NCBI GenBank assembly: GCA_024704765.1
Contig: JAKMXF010000004.1
Span: forward strand, 139,013 to 203,012
From: Oopsacas minuta
Taxonomy: Eukaryota; Animalia; Porifera
Reading direction: 5' to 3'
DNA length: 64,000 nucleotides
Position numbers and translations under genes: made by a program. Under the pieces are notes generated by a model that saw nothing but the letters and a program-made list of their open reading frames with translations, was not told where the DNA came from and made no database searches. Below are positions 11,991 through 24,640 of this stretch, piece after piece. Position 1 is the first letter of the stretch. Each line of letters opens with the position of its first letter.

Positions 11991-12384
11991 CAAATCGTTT
12001 GTTAGATTGTTAATGAGAAATCTTAGCTTAGTTGAATTTCTATATACTTAAAATTAATGTGATAAATACAAGGCTATAAATGTCAAAATTGATATTTTTC
12101 AAAAGAACTATCATCATTACTTGCCTATATTTTGCAATAATCCGTGAAGACTGTGTAATGACCAGCATATGGAATGTAATAGGTTGGGGTTTGAGTCACA
12201 ACTGCTTACTCATAGATTGCAATTTAGTCGTTTCGAAATCTCAGCGATATTACTATCACAACTGATATACTACAGCAATACACTCAAGTGTGGATCCAGG
12301 AGTTAGTCAATATGGTGGTTTTATATTTGAATCATAAATTTTGGGATTTCAAGATTAAAGTATAACAATCTATATGATTCAATC

Positions 12385-12660
12385 TCATTTGTTGTCTGTT
12401 TGTTTGTTTGTTTGTTTGTCCGTTGTCAAGGAAAGGAATTACGGTATACAATTTTGATTGAGTACATTGAGTTTAATTAGTAAAACTACACCCTGTTTTG
12501 TCCCTCTCTCAGCTGTGGTGATCAGATATTCGAATTAAACAGTAGTCTTTCCTGATCGTAAACCAATTCCATATTATCCAATTAAACAAGAGCCGTGCTA
12601 GAATAATATGGGTACATTTGTAATACCGGAATGGAACCCGCCACTTGTTGGAAACTAGTG
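12385..12660 (+). repeat. Dispersed repeat with (GTTT)n; possible non-autonomous Helitron/Helentron (HINE-like); inverted partial copy at about 45280-45360
   Basis: TTGTCTGTTTGTTTGTTTGTTTGTTTGTCCGTTGTCAAGGAAAGG has a diverged reverse-complement copy at 45300-45357, and the segment ends in CTAGT. Family assignment is inference. Confidence 0.4.
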
Positions 12661-14052
12661 TAATTATATATATTACCAAGCGAGCGTGGCGAGCGAGCGA
12701 AAATTATTTCTAAGATAATTAAATCATTATTATAATAAACATAGCAGTTTGAGGCTCGTGGAAATTTGAGGCGGTTAAACAGAAAATAGTAGCCAAACAA
12801 ATTACCCTGTAAATTGATGTTGCCTGGAAATGATCACGCCTGCAGATTCTGATTTAAGACCGGTTTAGCGAAATGTGGGGGGAGTGTCGCCCCACGCAAA
12901 GTTCTCCCTGTATATACCTTACATTCCTTATTCTGGTAATACATTTTGATATATCTATGATGATTATGACACAATATTGAAAATTATCATATCTGGTATT
13001 AAGGATGACTGCACAATATTCTTAGGAGATATCATATCGAAATTTATTATCAGGGTATGGGAATTTGAGTGTATACTATATGTTTGTAGGATGATTGTCC
13101 ATAATATTGCTTATCAAGTTATTGGTGGATATAGACAAAAATATACCATCCATGGTCACTGCCTCAACTCTTAAACACGCAACTTTATCATGATGATATT
13201 TTGATATTTTATGTGACTAAAACTTATATATATTATCTTCTAAAATCAATAATATTTAAACTCTTTCGTTATATTATTCTGTTAATTAACGATAGGTGAC
13301 CCACATTTGATGGGACAATGCATTAAATACATGCAACAACACTGCATTTAGCTAATCCTGTCTTAAGTGAAAACAGCCTAAATATCCGTCACTTTTATCA
13401 TGACGGGGTTAGCCATTAATGAGTATTAATTTAGCAGCTTGTATAGAAATAGAATTTTTCCTGCTGTAGTCATTCCAAGCCTATTCTTCACTTTGAAATT
13501 AAAAAACTCGAATGTTGAGGAAATACTCTCTATCCCAGCAGTTGAACTAATACTGAATATTATAGTTAAATGGGAGACTTACAGATCACAGATCTAATTG
13601 TGACAAAAATAATCAATAAATATTAGCTAAAAAATAATCACGAAAGGTGATTTTGAGAGATTTAGGGAGTTCATAATCTTGTTTTTGGACTCAACTAGCG
13701 CCATTCGCTTGCTAGGTCGCTGCGCAGCAGCTTAGAGCCTTGGGTTAGCTTAAGGATAAACAGCTACATTTGTTGATGCTTTTGGTAGCTACATGACGAG
13801 ATATACTCTGCATTACGTGCCTTGGGTTAATTTTTTGTGGAAATATACAGTGGTCCATCCATAGTATTCTATTCACTAAGGCAATGGCACACTATTTAAA
13901 TTCTGGAGCATGGATGACAATTTCCTGGACTTTCAAATTTCAAATCATTGTTATAATGCCTTTCAACACTATTCTAAAGTGCTCTAATGTAAAACGTTAT
14001 AATTTAATGATTTACAACCTCCCAAACCAATTATAATTACCATATTATAGTA

Positions 14053-14200
14053 CAGTAAACATTGGATTTAACGACATCGGCTTTAACGACAAATCGCTTA
14101 TAACGACTCATTTTGCTTTCCCAGAATCTCGCAGCATTATTCTGCACACACCATACCTCGGGTATAACGACCTGTCAGATAACGACACATTGAATTTAGC
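14053..14200. mobile_element. pogo/Tigger-like element end
   Basis: TA|CAGTAAACATTGGATTTAACGAC followed by repeated TAACGAC motifs, typical of Tigger-type ends. No partner end found. Confidence 0.45.
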
Positions 14201-14899
14201 GACATATTTTCTATGCCTGTTCTATGCAAATCCCATCGGATATTACGACTTTTGGGCTGTCTGTACCGTGGACTTCAGAAAAGTGTACTAATTAGTGAAT
14301 TATTAAGGTATAATGATTGCTTTAATTATATAGCAATTAAAATCTCCCCTGTTTTGAATCAACAGCAACTGGCTTCTTACGAATATGCATATTTAAAGCT
14401 ATTGTACGTCCAATGTAATGCTAAAATTTTATCTTCATGGATTCGAGCGGAGTTGGCAAAAGGAAGCACTTTTCTTTTGCTAAAAAATACGAAATTTTGA
14501 AGGAGCTTGATGCAGATAATACAACATGACGAGGATACAAAAACATAGAATACTACATCGTATAACATGAATAAATTTGGGTGTCATCAGGTATATAATG
14601 CATATTAAAGCTTCCTCGGATTTAGTGACAAATCGGATATAATGACCTTTTTTGCCTGTCCAAACGAGTGTCGTTAAATCCAATGTTTACTGTACTTTAA
14701 TAGTAGAAACACAATCCATTATTCAGAATACAGGACTAGATAAGTATATATCAATAAATAAAGATAAAAATGATAATAATTCATTTACAGTGAAACCTCC
14801 CAAAGAGGGGAGGCTGAGCCCCCAAGTTTCGGTCCCCCACTTCGGGAGGTTCCATTCTATTGTCTGGCTCTTCGTTCTCTCACTCTCTCCACTCGTCAT

Positions 14900-17260
14900 G
14901 CAGGCATGCAGTAATAGTTGAATACCGTACTCTAAAACAAAATAGTAAATAAAATTAGGTACATTTTTTAGCTTAGTGTTATCTCTATTTAAGACCATGA
15001 CATTAGAATTGCGAACCCTCTCTGACAGGTTGATATTATACCATGTTAAACACAATTTCCTCAATTTATCCCAATTCCAGACACCACAAAAACTCCAATC
15101 TTTCCAGATATCACTGTATCTATCTTCAATAAGGCTCATTGATATCGATACCAACAGGCTACGAGATCGTCCAGTATAGAATTCCTTGCTTAGGGACCCA
15201 CTCTTGTCAATTTGAATTAAGGTTTCATATAAGACATTCACACATTTCACCACATTCCAAGAAGGATATTTAAGAGAGCCTCTATCCACTAAGACTATCA
15301 AAGTATACTGGGATCCGATATCATTATTAACTTCGAGAAGTTTATCTGAAGTTAAAAGGCCTTGATAAGAGTAACAACCATTAGACTTCTTACAGTAAGA
15401 AAAGACTGCATCCTGCAATATAAGCGAGACATTCTATTTGGGAGACTTTTATTTCAGGAAGTGAGATTTCGTTCAATTTGGTGAGATAATATTCTATATC
15501 AAGTTGTTCTTGATTTATACAATCACAGTCGACAGCAAATCTGTTGAGGTATTCTTTCAGAGAAATGGTAACTTCAGTAGAGCTAGACGCAGAAGAATAT
15601 TTAAGATCGAACACCTTTAGAAGATTTGAAAGTTGGAGTCTGCGTTCGCTCTCTAATATCTGATTAAAGGAATCTGATAATGGGATCCTGACATCTGTGT
15701 ATATAAACCAAAGTGGTATTCAAGAGGATCATTCTGGATTCTGGCAGTTGGAAATATTAGTAGCCGCTGTTGTCTGTAAGTTGTGTGACTAGAAGTGATA
15801 ACACCTCACGAGTGTGTCTATAGCTGGTAAAGGTTTGTGCAGTTAACTTTCCAGATGTAAACGGCAGATTAACCCAGCAGTTCAACCAAGAGACAATGTT
15901 GTTCAAAATGTTAAATGAAAGTCCGAGGAGTAAATTGGAGTGAATATTCATCATTAAATCAGATATTTTTCCGACCCAGTTTACATTAAATATTTTCCAT
16001 TCTTTACTGATTAGCTCAAGAAATTCTACCGTTTGATTGATCCAACTAATAGACCAGCTGATGTTGTTTCATCGCAAATTTTCAATGCAAGACCATTTAG
16101 TCGTTCTAACCTAGATGGCCAACGAGATTTCGTTGTTAATTTTGGTGCACGCTTCAAGACATTGCATTTATCAGATTGAAACATATTATAGATACTTCAA
16201 ATGCTGCACATAGCAAATTTCGAGGTAAATTGATTTAGAGATAAATAGAATGGTTTAAATGCTGGCTCGAGAAATTGAGATATAAGAGATTTATTTGTGT
16301 CACTTATATTTCGTTGTGGATTTGCACTTAACTGGCAATCACCGAAATTCGAGAAAATGAATGTATTATCCAAATTATCAAGATTTAAGCAATTTTTCCT
16401 GATGAATTTAATGATGTGAACAATATCAAAAAGCAGGATCAAATTTCTTTCTGGATTGCATAGGTGTTGTACTTTTGGTCGCAGTGTTGAATCAGCGGAA
16501 AAAACATTTGAATAATCGAACAGTGAGTAGATAATTGTCTGTACATACAGCTTTGACAAACAGACAACAATTTTCAATATCACAGATAGTAGATTTAACA
16601 ATAGGAATATAAAGTTTCTGCAGAAGAAGAGCCTAAGGTATTAACCGGACAATAGGGGAGAATCTGGTTGATAAACTAGAAACCATCATAGAAAAATACA
16701 GTAGTGTGTAGACCATCAGGGTTGTCAATCGATCCGACTACCCTTCACCTTATCAGACGGACCACTACGAATGTGGACTTCATCTATTTGAAGTATGACA
16801 TAACGCTCTAAATCATTAAATGTCGAAGCAACCTCACATAGAATTTTAGTAAACTCGCTCTCCAATCCAATACAATTCTTGATTTTCAACAAATTACGCC
16901 CGTGTGGAAAATAATACAGTTACAATCCTGAATAAGATGATAACAAGCTGGTGACAACCCGTGGATTTTTAAACAAAAGACTTGAGTTAGAATGCTATAC
17001 CTGCGAGTATGTTTCTCAACGATTATATATTTCAACTGATAGAGCAAAAAATTAGACGCATTATCATAGAATCGTTTTTCGGGTTCTAAATCGGGCATTG
17101 AATGAGTGGGATCAAATGTATCAAGCATTTGTGATATTATTAAGGCACGCTCAGAAATGTTTATTTGGCCAAATTTATCGAATGTTTGCGGAACCTTGCT
17201 CTATCTTGAAAACTAAGTCGGAGTCCTTCAAGTCCTGAGAATTGACTTCCCGGTTATGAG
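14900..17260 (-). pseudogene. Second P-superfamily transposase remnant (5' truncated, no THAP seen)
   Basis: Motifs YVILQ.DEVHI (about 16780), LLFDIVHIIK, QNDPLEYHFGLYTQMSGSHY (about 15680-15740), CLAYIAG and VDRGSLKYP. TIRs not found. Confidence 0.85.
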
Positions 17261-17444
17261 AGGTCCAGTGGCGGCGCTAGCATGACCTTAGATAGGGCTA
17301 GCGCCCCATCAGTGAAGAGTGACTGTAATAATTTGATTGTGCAAATTACGAAACTAAATAATTATTTCATTATCGAATTGTTAGTCAATATTCATTGGTA
17401 CTAGGATGTCGCCAATGATTGGGTCACAAATTGTAAATTCATAA

Positions 17445-17980
17445 CACTGTACAACAAATTTTCACTTTGGAAAAAATACGAGAACCTGATTAGGTCTCTA
17501 AAGGCAATTAGGATCTCCTGATTCCGAATATGAATACAGATTTGCTCAATCACGCACCTATTTTATAAAATTCTAACATGCAAATTGTGAAAATGGCACA
17601 TATTTCCAAAAAAATTTCTGATTTAACATACTTATATCATCTTTTAGTTTTTTGGTTATGTATTCTCATTTTTTGTTGGTGTGATTTAGATTTCGTAAGT
17701 TAAATGACCAATTTTTTGCCTATACTACCTCGTTTTGGTATGTTTGCTCTAAATACTATGTAGTTGAATAATTTTCACAGGTTTCATATGACAAGATGAT
17801 ATATGGAAATACATATTTTTCCAAAATGTTGAAATTTCACATTTTCAATGTTAAATTCTATAAAATTGTGGGTGATAGAGCAAAACTGTATTCATATTCG
17901 AAATCAGGAGATCCAAATTGACTATAGGGACCTAATCAAGTAGTCGTATTTTTAACAAATTGAAAATTTGTTGTTCAGTG
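17445..17980. mobile_element. Chapaev3-type (CMC) non-autonomous element/MITE, 536 bp
   Basis: Termini CACTGTACAACAAATTTTC / CACTGAACAACAAATTTTC, imperfect TIRs of about 120 bp, and a 3-bp TSD TAA on both sides. Confidence 0.75.
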
Positions 17981-18049
17981 TAATCAAGGTAAAGTAGGTA
18001 AATAAATATAAATAATTATGGTTATCTATACTATTGGAAGGCAATTAAT

Positions 18050-18560
18050 CTGTATAGATGTATATATATGTTTGTAGGTCCAGTATTAATTGAAGAAACT
18101 GGAAACCTCCAGGGCTGATTTTTGATATTTTGGGCCTGGCCCGAACAAGTTCGAGTCTGGACGAAAATACACAGATGACAAAACTATGACGTTATTGTCC
18201 CCTTTTGGATCTTCAAAATATCACATTAATGACCACTGCTCAGCCAATATACATGATAGAAGTGTCAATTTGGAATCACAGGTATCCATCAATGTGCAAA
18301 TGTAGTAATATCATGATTCTGACTAACAGATTACTCATCATTGGACATTACGTCATCATGATTCTACAACAACCGTAAAATTTTCACAACTTCGAAAAAA
18401 GTCAGAAACTCTAACAACCGAGGCACGAAGTGCCGAGATTACAAACCACAAGCGACATAGCATCTCCAGTGTCACCACAGAAGCCTATTCAATGTAATTT
18501 GGATGGGCCACAACTATACAAATTCTTCTATATGATTAACCTAAATTCTTTAATCCGAAC
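18050..18560 (+). repeat. Dispersed non-coding repeat of about 500 bp, copy 1 (others at about 23900-24158 + and 44300-44775 -); possibly Helentron-associated
   Basis: Shared blocks such as GTGCCGAGATTAC...GCGACATAG.ATCT.CA.TGTCACC and TATGTTTGTA...GAAGAAAC.GGAA. The 44.7-kb copy carries a CGAGCCAAAGGCTCG hairpin. Confidence 0.65.
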
Positions 18561-18639
18561 TCCAATTGTATTGCACAACATCAGTTTGGTCACAACTTGT
18601 AAGAAAAATGTTAAATTATGACAGTACCTTCAAATATCA

Positions 18640-21119
18640 GACAATTCGATAGTATCAATAGCTTAAATATTGCACAAAAAGCTAAATGTTATGTAGTATT
18701 TACTAAGCAGGTTGAATCGTTCTGTTAACTTCTTGAAAGCAGTGGCAACTACGACTAGAAAGAAATCGTTTTGAAAGCATTCCGTGGAACCTAAGAAAAT
18801 AGGTTTTCAACGATGCATTCCTCATCATAGATTTCCATCCGTGGTTTTCTTAGAACACGTGAAGTAGGAAACTCTGGTGACACTGAAATTTCTTCTGCAA
18901 GCACTTTTGCTATAACAATCGATTCATCAAAACTAGATTGTTTGCAAGAAATAAGTTTATCAGTTGTTCTTTTTAGTAGTTCAGCAACTAACTCAATATG
19001 GCAATCAACACTTCGCATCTGTTTGCTCACCAAATTAGTATCGAAAAGTATATCATACCAGATGACAACTGAGAACAAAAATTTGAATTACTTAAGTAGA
19101 TCAGTAATACTTCTTGCCTCAGAATAAACCTTCGGATCCTTTGCTGTTTCCCTTAGTTGGATAATGCCTTTAGAATTTGTTTAATTAGGAATCTAACAGA
19201 TTTAATGCTTTCCATTTTGCTTTCCCACTGAGGATCAGACAAAGGATTATGAGAATTGTTTACATAAGATTTCAGAATTGCCCATCTAGTCGTAGAAGCA
19301 ACAATAATATTATATAACATGTGAATAACTCCATAAAAGTTTATTCCCCAATAAGATGACATGCATTACATAGAACAAAGTTCAAAAAGTGACAACCACA
19401 AGGAACATAGAAAGCCCTACTATTCAAGCTAAGGAGTCGAGCAAGTAGACCTTTATTCTGACCTCGTATATTTGCACCATTATCGTATCCTTGGCCACGA
19501 CAATCTGCGAAGTTTATTTCCCTGTCTTGTAAAACTGAAGAACTGTCTCAGCCAAGTATTCTACAGTGCTTTCTTGAGCAATCAAAAATCCCATAAAGTG
19601 TTCACGTATAGAGACGGAACTATCAATACAAGCTACGAATCTTTTAATGATGGATAGTTGCTCTTGGTTACTTATTTCTTGTGAACAGTCAAGAATAATA
19701 GAGTAATACTTGTTACGCATCATGCTTGCAATAAGGTAATCAGAAACGACTATTGGCATTCGGCTAATAAGTTCATTTTTATAGTATATGAATAAGATAG
19801 TGATGATTTCATTCTTTGGATAAAAACCTTCTCACATGATCATACATTGTTGAGTCAAACTTTGCTTAAAACTCGACTTGTGCCAAGAGGTTCCCGTTTG
19901 AGGGAGTATAAAGCGTATCAGAAGAACCCCTAAAGCCTGAGTTTGACCAGACAAAAGAAGCACTATAGTAATGAGATGTTCCAAAACACCAGTCAGATGT
20001 ATTCTTTCCATTTCTAGAAGTGTTTGTGTTGTCTTATCTATTGTTATGTTCTTACGAAGTCTGTTATCTAACTCAATCCACGATATCATGCTTTTACATG
20101 TGTTTGAGTATATTCGTGATCACCTAAGGTTTTATGGATATAATGCCACGAATTGAATCCACTTATAATCAGCATCCTTTTACTATTAGAATTGAATAGT
20201 TTAGAACAGAAATAGTAGACAGCAACAATACTTTAAGAATACATAAGTCAAGTACGATTTACACGCTCTTTATTTTTTACAGTTCTGAAGTAGTTATCAG
20301 AGGTAAAACGCCGCTTTTTTTCCTCATCATATTTAAATGGCCCTTGGTATTGCACTGGAGGACCATTTTTCACGATATTACCGATGGTTCTATTGTCAAT
20401 AGTTTCCACTCGGCAGGATCATCCATGTTAAATGAGTCTTCAAATTCATTGGGGATTGAAATTTGAGAAAAATCTTGATTGGATAACTCCAAAACAGCGT
20501 TATCTACATTTGTAGTTTCATAAAACTCATAAGAGGTTGGATCATTGAATCTAATCAACTCAAGGTCGAATCGTCTTGTTCATTGTCAGATCCAGATAGA
20601 GATATTAATTTTGAGCCAGAATCACTTCCAGATCTATTTTCAGTTTCATTAACATGTAGCGGGGAAATGACCGTTTCTGACAAAGACCGCATCTCACCAT
20701 AGTCAGATGCGCAAACCTGAAATTATCTAACGTTGGAGTGTTTCGTATCAGTATTTTGGCGCTTTCCTCATTTTGTGATTTTTCTTTTCTTTTTGCTGCT
20801 CCTGATTTATAAATTCTAAATCCAGGATTTGTATCACGACCGCTCATATTCAGCAATATATAGTTTCTAATCCGTTTTATACATAAATATTAGCAAAAAT
20901 TATAATTGGATATACTTATAAACTGAAGAAAATATGCTAACAGAATAATTGACAAAGTGATAAACATAATGACCAATGAGTATGTCTAGATTACATGTCA
21001 ATGGATAATTGGGGATAATTGACAACACTTATTAGTAACTCATTATTTAATGGGCCCATTTATTTGAAGGTCCAAAGAATCTGGTGAGCCTATATATGGG
21101 CCCCCTTGAGCCAGCCCTG
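18640..21119 (-). mobile_element. hAT element with ZMYM1-like transposase remnant (3' truncated)
   Basis: Motifs YYSIILDCSQEISNQEQLS and PLSDPQWESK. TIR-like end CAGGGCTGGCTCAAGGGGGCCC at 21119. No partner end found. Confidence 0.75.
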
Positions 21120-22607
21120 GATAAGATCATTACTACGTATCAGAAATGCAAGATAGGTCAGGCCCATAATGATAAACAGAGCCACTTTCAGCCCCATCAG
21201 GAGTGGCGGGATAACGCCGCCACTGGCGGTGTCTGTCAACCCAAATATTCAGATTTTTTGTATAAATGAGTTAAATAACTATTGTTGCATATATATTCTC
21301 TAGAGTATGATTACAAGATAAATAATATACTGTGTATATATGAGCCCTATCTCAAATGCTCTTTGAGATAATTGCTCCAAATGCCATGTACCCACCCTTC
21401 TGTACATCTGATTTTGGCCACCAGAGGGGGGGAGTATTCATGACATTATGTCATATGTATGTTGCAATAATATAGATATTTAACAACCATATTATGTAGT
21501 CCTTTCAATAAATGCACTATTTAAGTGTATAGAACATGGAATTTCTATTATGGTCATAGATAATAGTCATCTTTGGTGGAATACGGCGTTTCTTGTCTAG
21601 ATTCATTTGAATATTTTTGGCAAGTCAAACAGCATAACTCTTAATGTATGCCAGCTAGATGCAAAAATTCAACTGTTTCAGATAGATGTCTGCATTCAAA
21701 ATTGTCTCCTGTGGTTTTTCATTAAAATCTTCTTTTATTTTAAATTTTCATAATTTTGTCGTTTGATTTCATTCAATAGCCCAACCAGAATTGACTAATT
21801 CATCATATATGCTGTAATATGAAATATTAAACGAGAACATTTTCTGTTCAAGGCTTAAAGGTATATTTATGACATTATTAGAGAAATACACAGCCAAAAT
21901 TTCAGGAAAGTATCTGAGATATTGGGAGTTGAAAATTTCAAACTTTTACACAATATTATTTATGTGTACAATTATATTACATTTTGGATTCTGCACGACG
22001 GTCCCGATTCCTTGTGAAACAGCTCAATTCCATGGTGCTTTTCAAAAAATAACGTATTGTAACCTACAGAGTCCCATAGGTTATATTTATCACCCTTTGT
22101 CCTTCCATTGAAAATGTCTTTATTTTCCTTGTATATTTGTCACTATTGTCCATTTTTATCAAGAATTACTACTGTTTTCTACCTAGTAGTTGTGATTAGC
22201 GGCAAAATGAGTTTTTAGCCAACTCAAAATGACTTGATACTGTCCTACCGTCACTCACTAACTATATGATATGATTAATCTTGATTTACGTAGTCTCAAT
22301 ATACTTGCTATTAATCTACGTGTTGTTTAATCGATCTCATTATTTCGGTGAATTTATATATTGTTGTCTTAGACCAGGGATCTTCAACCTGCGGCTCTTG
22401 TGTATGATGCTTGGGGCTCGCAGGCCAATTATTAATGAGTCACTCATTTTGCTTATTTTGAAATGTGTTATAAGTATTTTGTAGGTATTTTTTCAACATA
22501 ATTTGCGAATATACTTAAGTAATAGCAGTTTAGTGTTTCTAAATTCTGGAAACCTTAAACATACAATATGTTACTCAAAATAAAAAATAAAAACATCTGT
22601 ATAGAAC

Positions 22608-23438
22608 TCATGGAATAGAACAATTAAAAATTTGAATACGGTTGTTCTCTTTGTCTGAAACGTAAAGCATATTATTCCGATTATTAAAGTACAAGCCAGT
22701 TGGAGAATTATCTGAGAATTGGCCTTTGCCACTACCTTTCCCTCCAAAAGTTCCAATACATTTACCATCAAAAGAAAACATTAAAAAACTCGATGATTCG
22801 TCATCTGTAACGAAAATACAATAATGAGATACAGCGATAGACCATGGATTAAACAAATCAAATCCATACTTTGCAAATTGTACAAGAATGTCTCCAGAAA
22901 ATGAGTATATATGTATACAATATGGACTCTCATCAAGGATAACGATTCTGGAAGAATTCTGAATACAAATATCTCTAGGACAACAGAGACCTTGGCAAAA
23001 AACCTTGACAAAATGAAATTCACAATCAAATAACTGAATACGATTATTACCAGAATCTGCAATATATAAGTGTCGAGAAATGCTTTCAAAAGCTAGACCT
23101 GTAGGATTATCAAACTGTCCGGAAGAATTTCCGAATGTTCCGATTGTATAAATGTTTCCTCCTGTGTGAGAATAGACCTTCACAACATTCCCAAGTATGT
23201 CTGATATAAAAAGATGTAAGGTAGAAACAGCTAAGCCCCAAGGAAGTATACAATCTCTAATTTCACAAACAAGATCCTCATTTGAAGATAAAACATAAAT
23301 AGATTTAAGTGTACTATTATGAACAATATGTCCTCCGGTCTCAGTGCAAACTATTGAATCTGGACCATACAAATGTTTATGGATTATCTTAATAGGTGTC
23401 AATATTGACTTTGGGGATATTGTAAACTCTTCCGCCAT
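22608..23438 (-). CDS. Stand-alone NHL-repeat (6-bladed beta-propeller) protein, 276 aa, single exon
   Basis: Intact ATG-to-stop ORF with NHL blades (PWGLAV...LFISD, GQFDNPTGLAF...LYIADSGNNRIQLFD, FNPWSIAV, GKGQF..SPTGLYF...LYVSDKENNRIQIF). No RING, B-box or coiled coil. Confidence 0.9.
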   Translation of the reverse strand: MAEEFTISPKSILTPIKIIHKHLYGPDSIVCTETGGHIVHNSTLKSIYVLSSNEDLVCEIRDCILPWGLAVSTLHLFISDILGNVVKVYSHTGGNIYTIGTFGNSSGQFDNPTGLAFESISRHLYIADSGNNRIQLFDCEFHFVKVFCQGLCCPRDICIQNSSRIVILDESPYCIHIYSFSGDILVQFAKYGFDLFNPWSIAVSHYCIFVTDDESSSFLMFSFDGKCIGTFGGKGSGKGQFSDNSPTGLYFNNRNNMLYVSDKENNRIQIFNCSIP

Positions 23439-24204
23439 AGATGTGAATTAGTAAAAATTTGGTAAAATATCTAAGAAAAATGAAATGTACAACTACGAAT
23501 TGAAATTTCATGATATAAAAATATAAAATGACAATCTTTCCAAACAGCTTAGTCTATTAATTACATATATTAACAGTGGCACTATAAATTGGTGGAACCT
23601 TAAAAGATTAGAATTAATCCCAATACACACAGTGCCTCCCATTAATAGCGCCACTTTTAAAGTAAGAAAATAAATAAAGTCGGCACAGGTTGAAGTTTTA
23701 TATTTTGTGCTCGCTCCGCTCGGATATACAATCCATAAAACATTATATTTACTATTTACTATGATTATCTAGTCCATTAATGATCACTTTGTTTGAAGGA
23801 ATTATCGGTTGTCCAAATAATTTTAATTAAAAGAGATTACTGGAGGAAATTTGATCGGTGTCAAATTCAGAATTAGCGTTTAAAACATCTTTACAATTAT
23901 CCAATGGGTACCCCTCAACCTGACGAATTGGCTGACGTCATGTTTCTGACCCAAGCTAACTCATCAGGATTTATTTAGGCATCAGGACTGTACCTAAAAA
24001 TGTAATTTTTGCAAATTTCGAAAAAGTGCGGAATTTCGTAATACCCAAGACACAAAGTGCCGAGATTACTAACCAAAAGCGACATAGTATCTTCACTGTC
24101 ACCCTAGAATGCCAGTCAATGTAATTTCGATGAACCATGGACAATAATAAATTAAAATGGGGAACATGCACATGTCAGAATTTACTGTTTTGATTCGGAT
24201 GTTT

Positions 24205-24425
24205 AGTTCTGTACTTGTCAAAATCGGTTTTCTGGAGTTCTGTACTTGTCAGAATCGGTTGTTTAGAGTTTTGCACTTGTCAGAATCCGTCTTTTGAGTT
24301 CTGAATTCTGCACTTGTCAGAATGGATATTTTAGAGTTCTGTACTTCTCAGAATTGATATTTTAGAGTTCTGCACTTGTCGGAATTGGTTTCTTAGAGTT
24401 CTGCACTTGTCAGAATGGGATTTCA
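24205..24425. repeat. Subterminal tandem array of about 31-bp units (GAGTTCTGCACTTGTCAGAAT...), mirrored in inverted orientation at about 26290-26480
   Basis: About 7-8 units are visible at each MULE end in opposite orientation. Confidence 0.85.
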
Positions 24426-24640
24426 GAATCCTTCAATTGACTGTTTACTTATGTCATAAATATTCATTTCATGATAAATTTTCACTAAATAGTTTCGTGT
24501 TTGTCCATTGTCGCTTACTGTAAACACTCTGGCCAATTATGTGTGTATATTACATTACTTTGACATCACATTAATTCTACATTACTAACTCTCTATAAAG
24601 GATGATCTTTTAAGGAAGTTGTAATTAATTCAAACAACTT

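Noticed and set aside
14723-15418. 231-aa ORF as an independent gene
   Set aside because: Its N-terminal two thirds are the C-terminus of the decayed P transposase, and the rest appears to be run-on into unrelated sequence.
17260-17420. Terminus of the second P element (candidate CATTGGCGAC... end near 17418)
   Set aside because: I found no matching TIR or TSD at the other side, so the element was not delimited.
21202-21224. GC-rich 8-bp hairpin AGTGGCGG/CCGCCACT as a Helitron 3' end or terminator
   Set aside because: There is no CTRR end or U-tract downstream, and it is too short to distinguish from chance or a MITE scrap.
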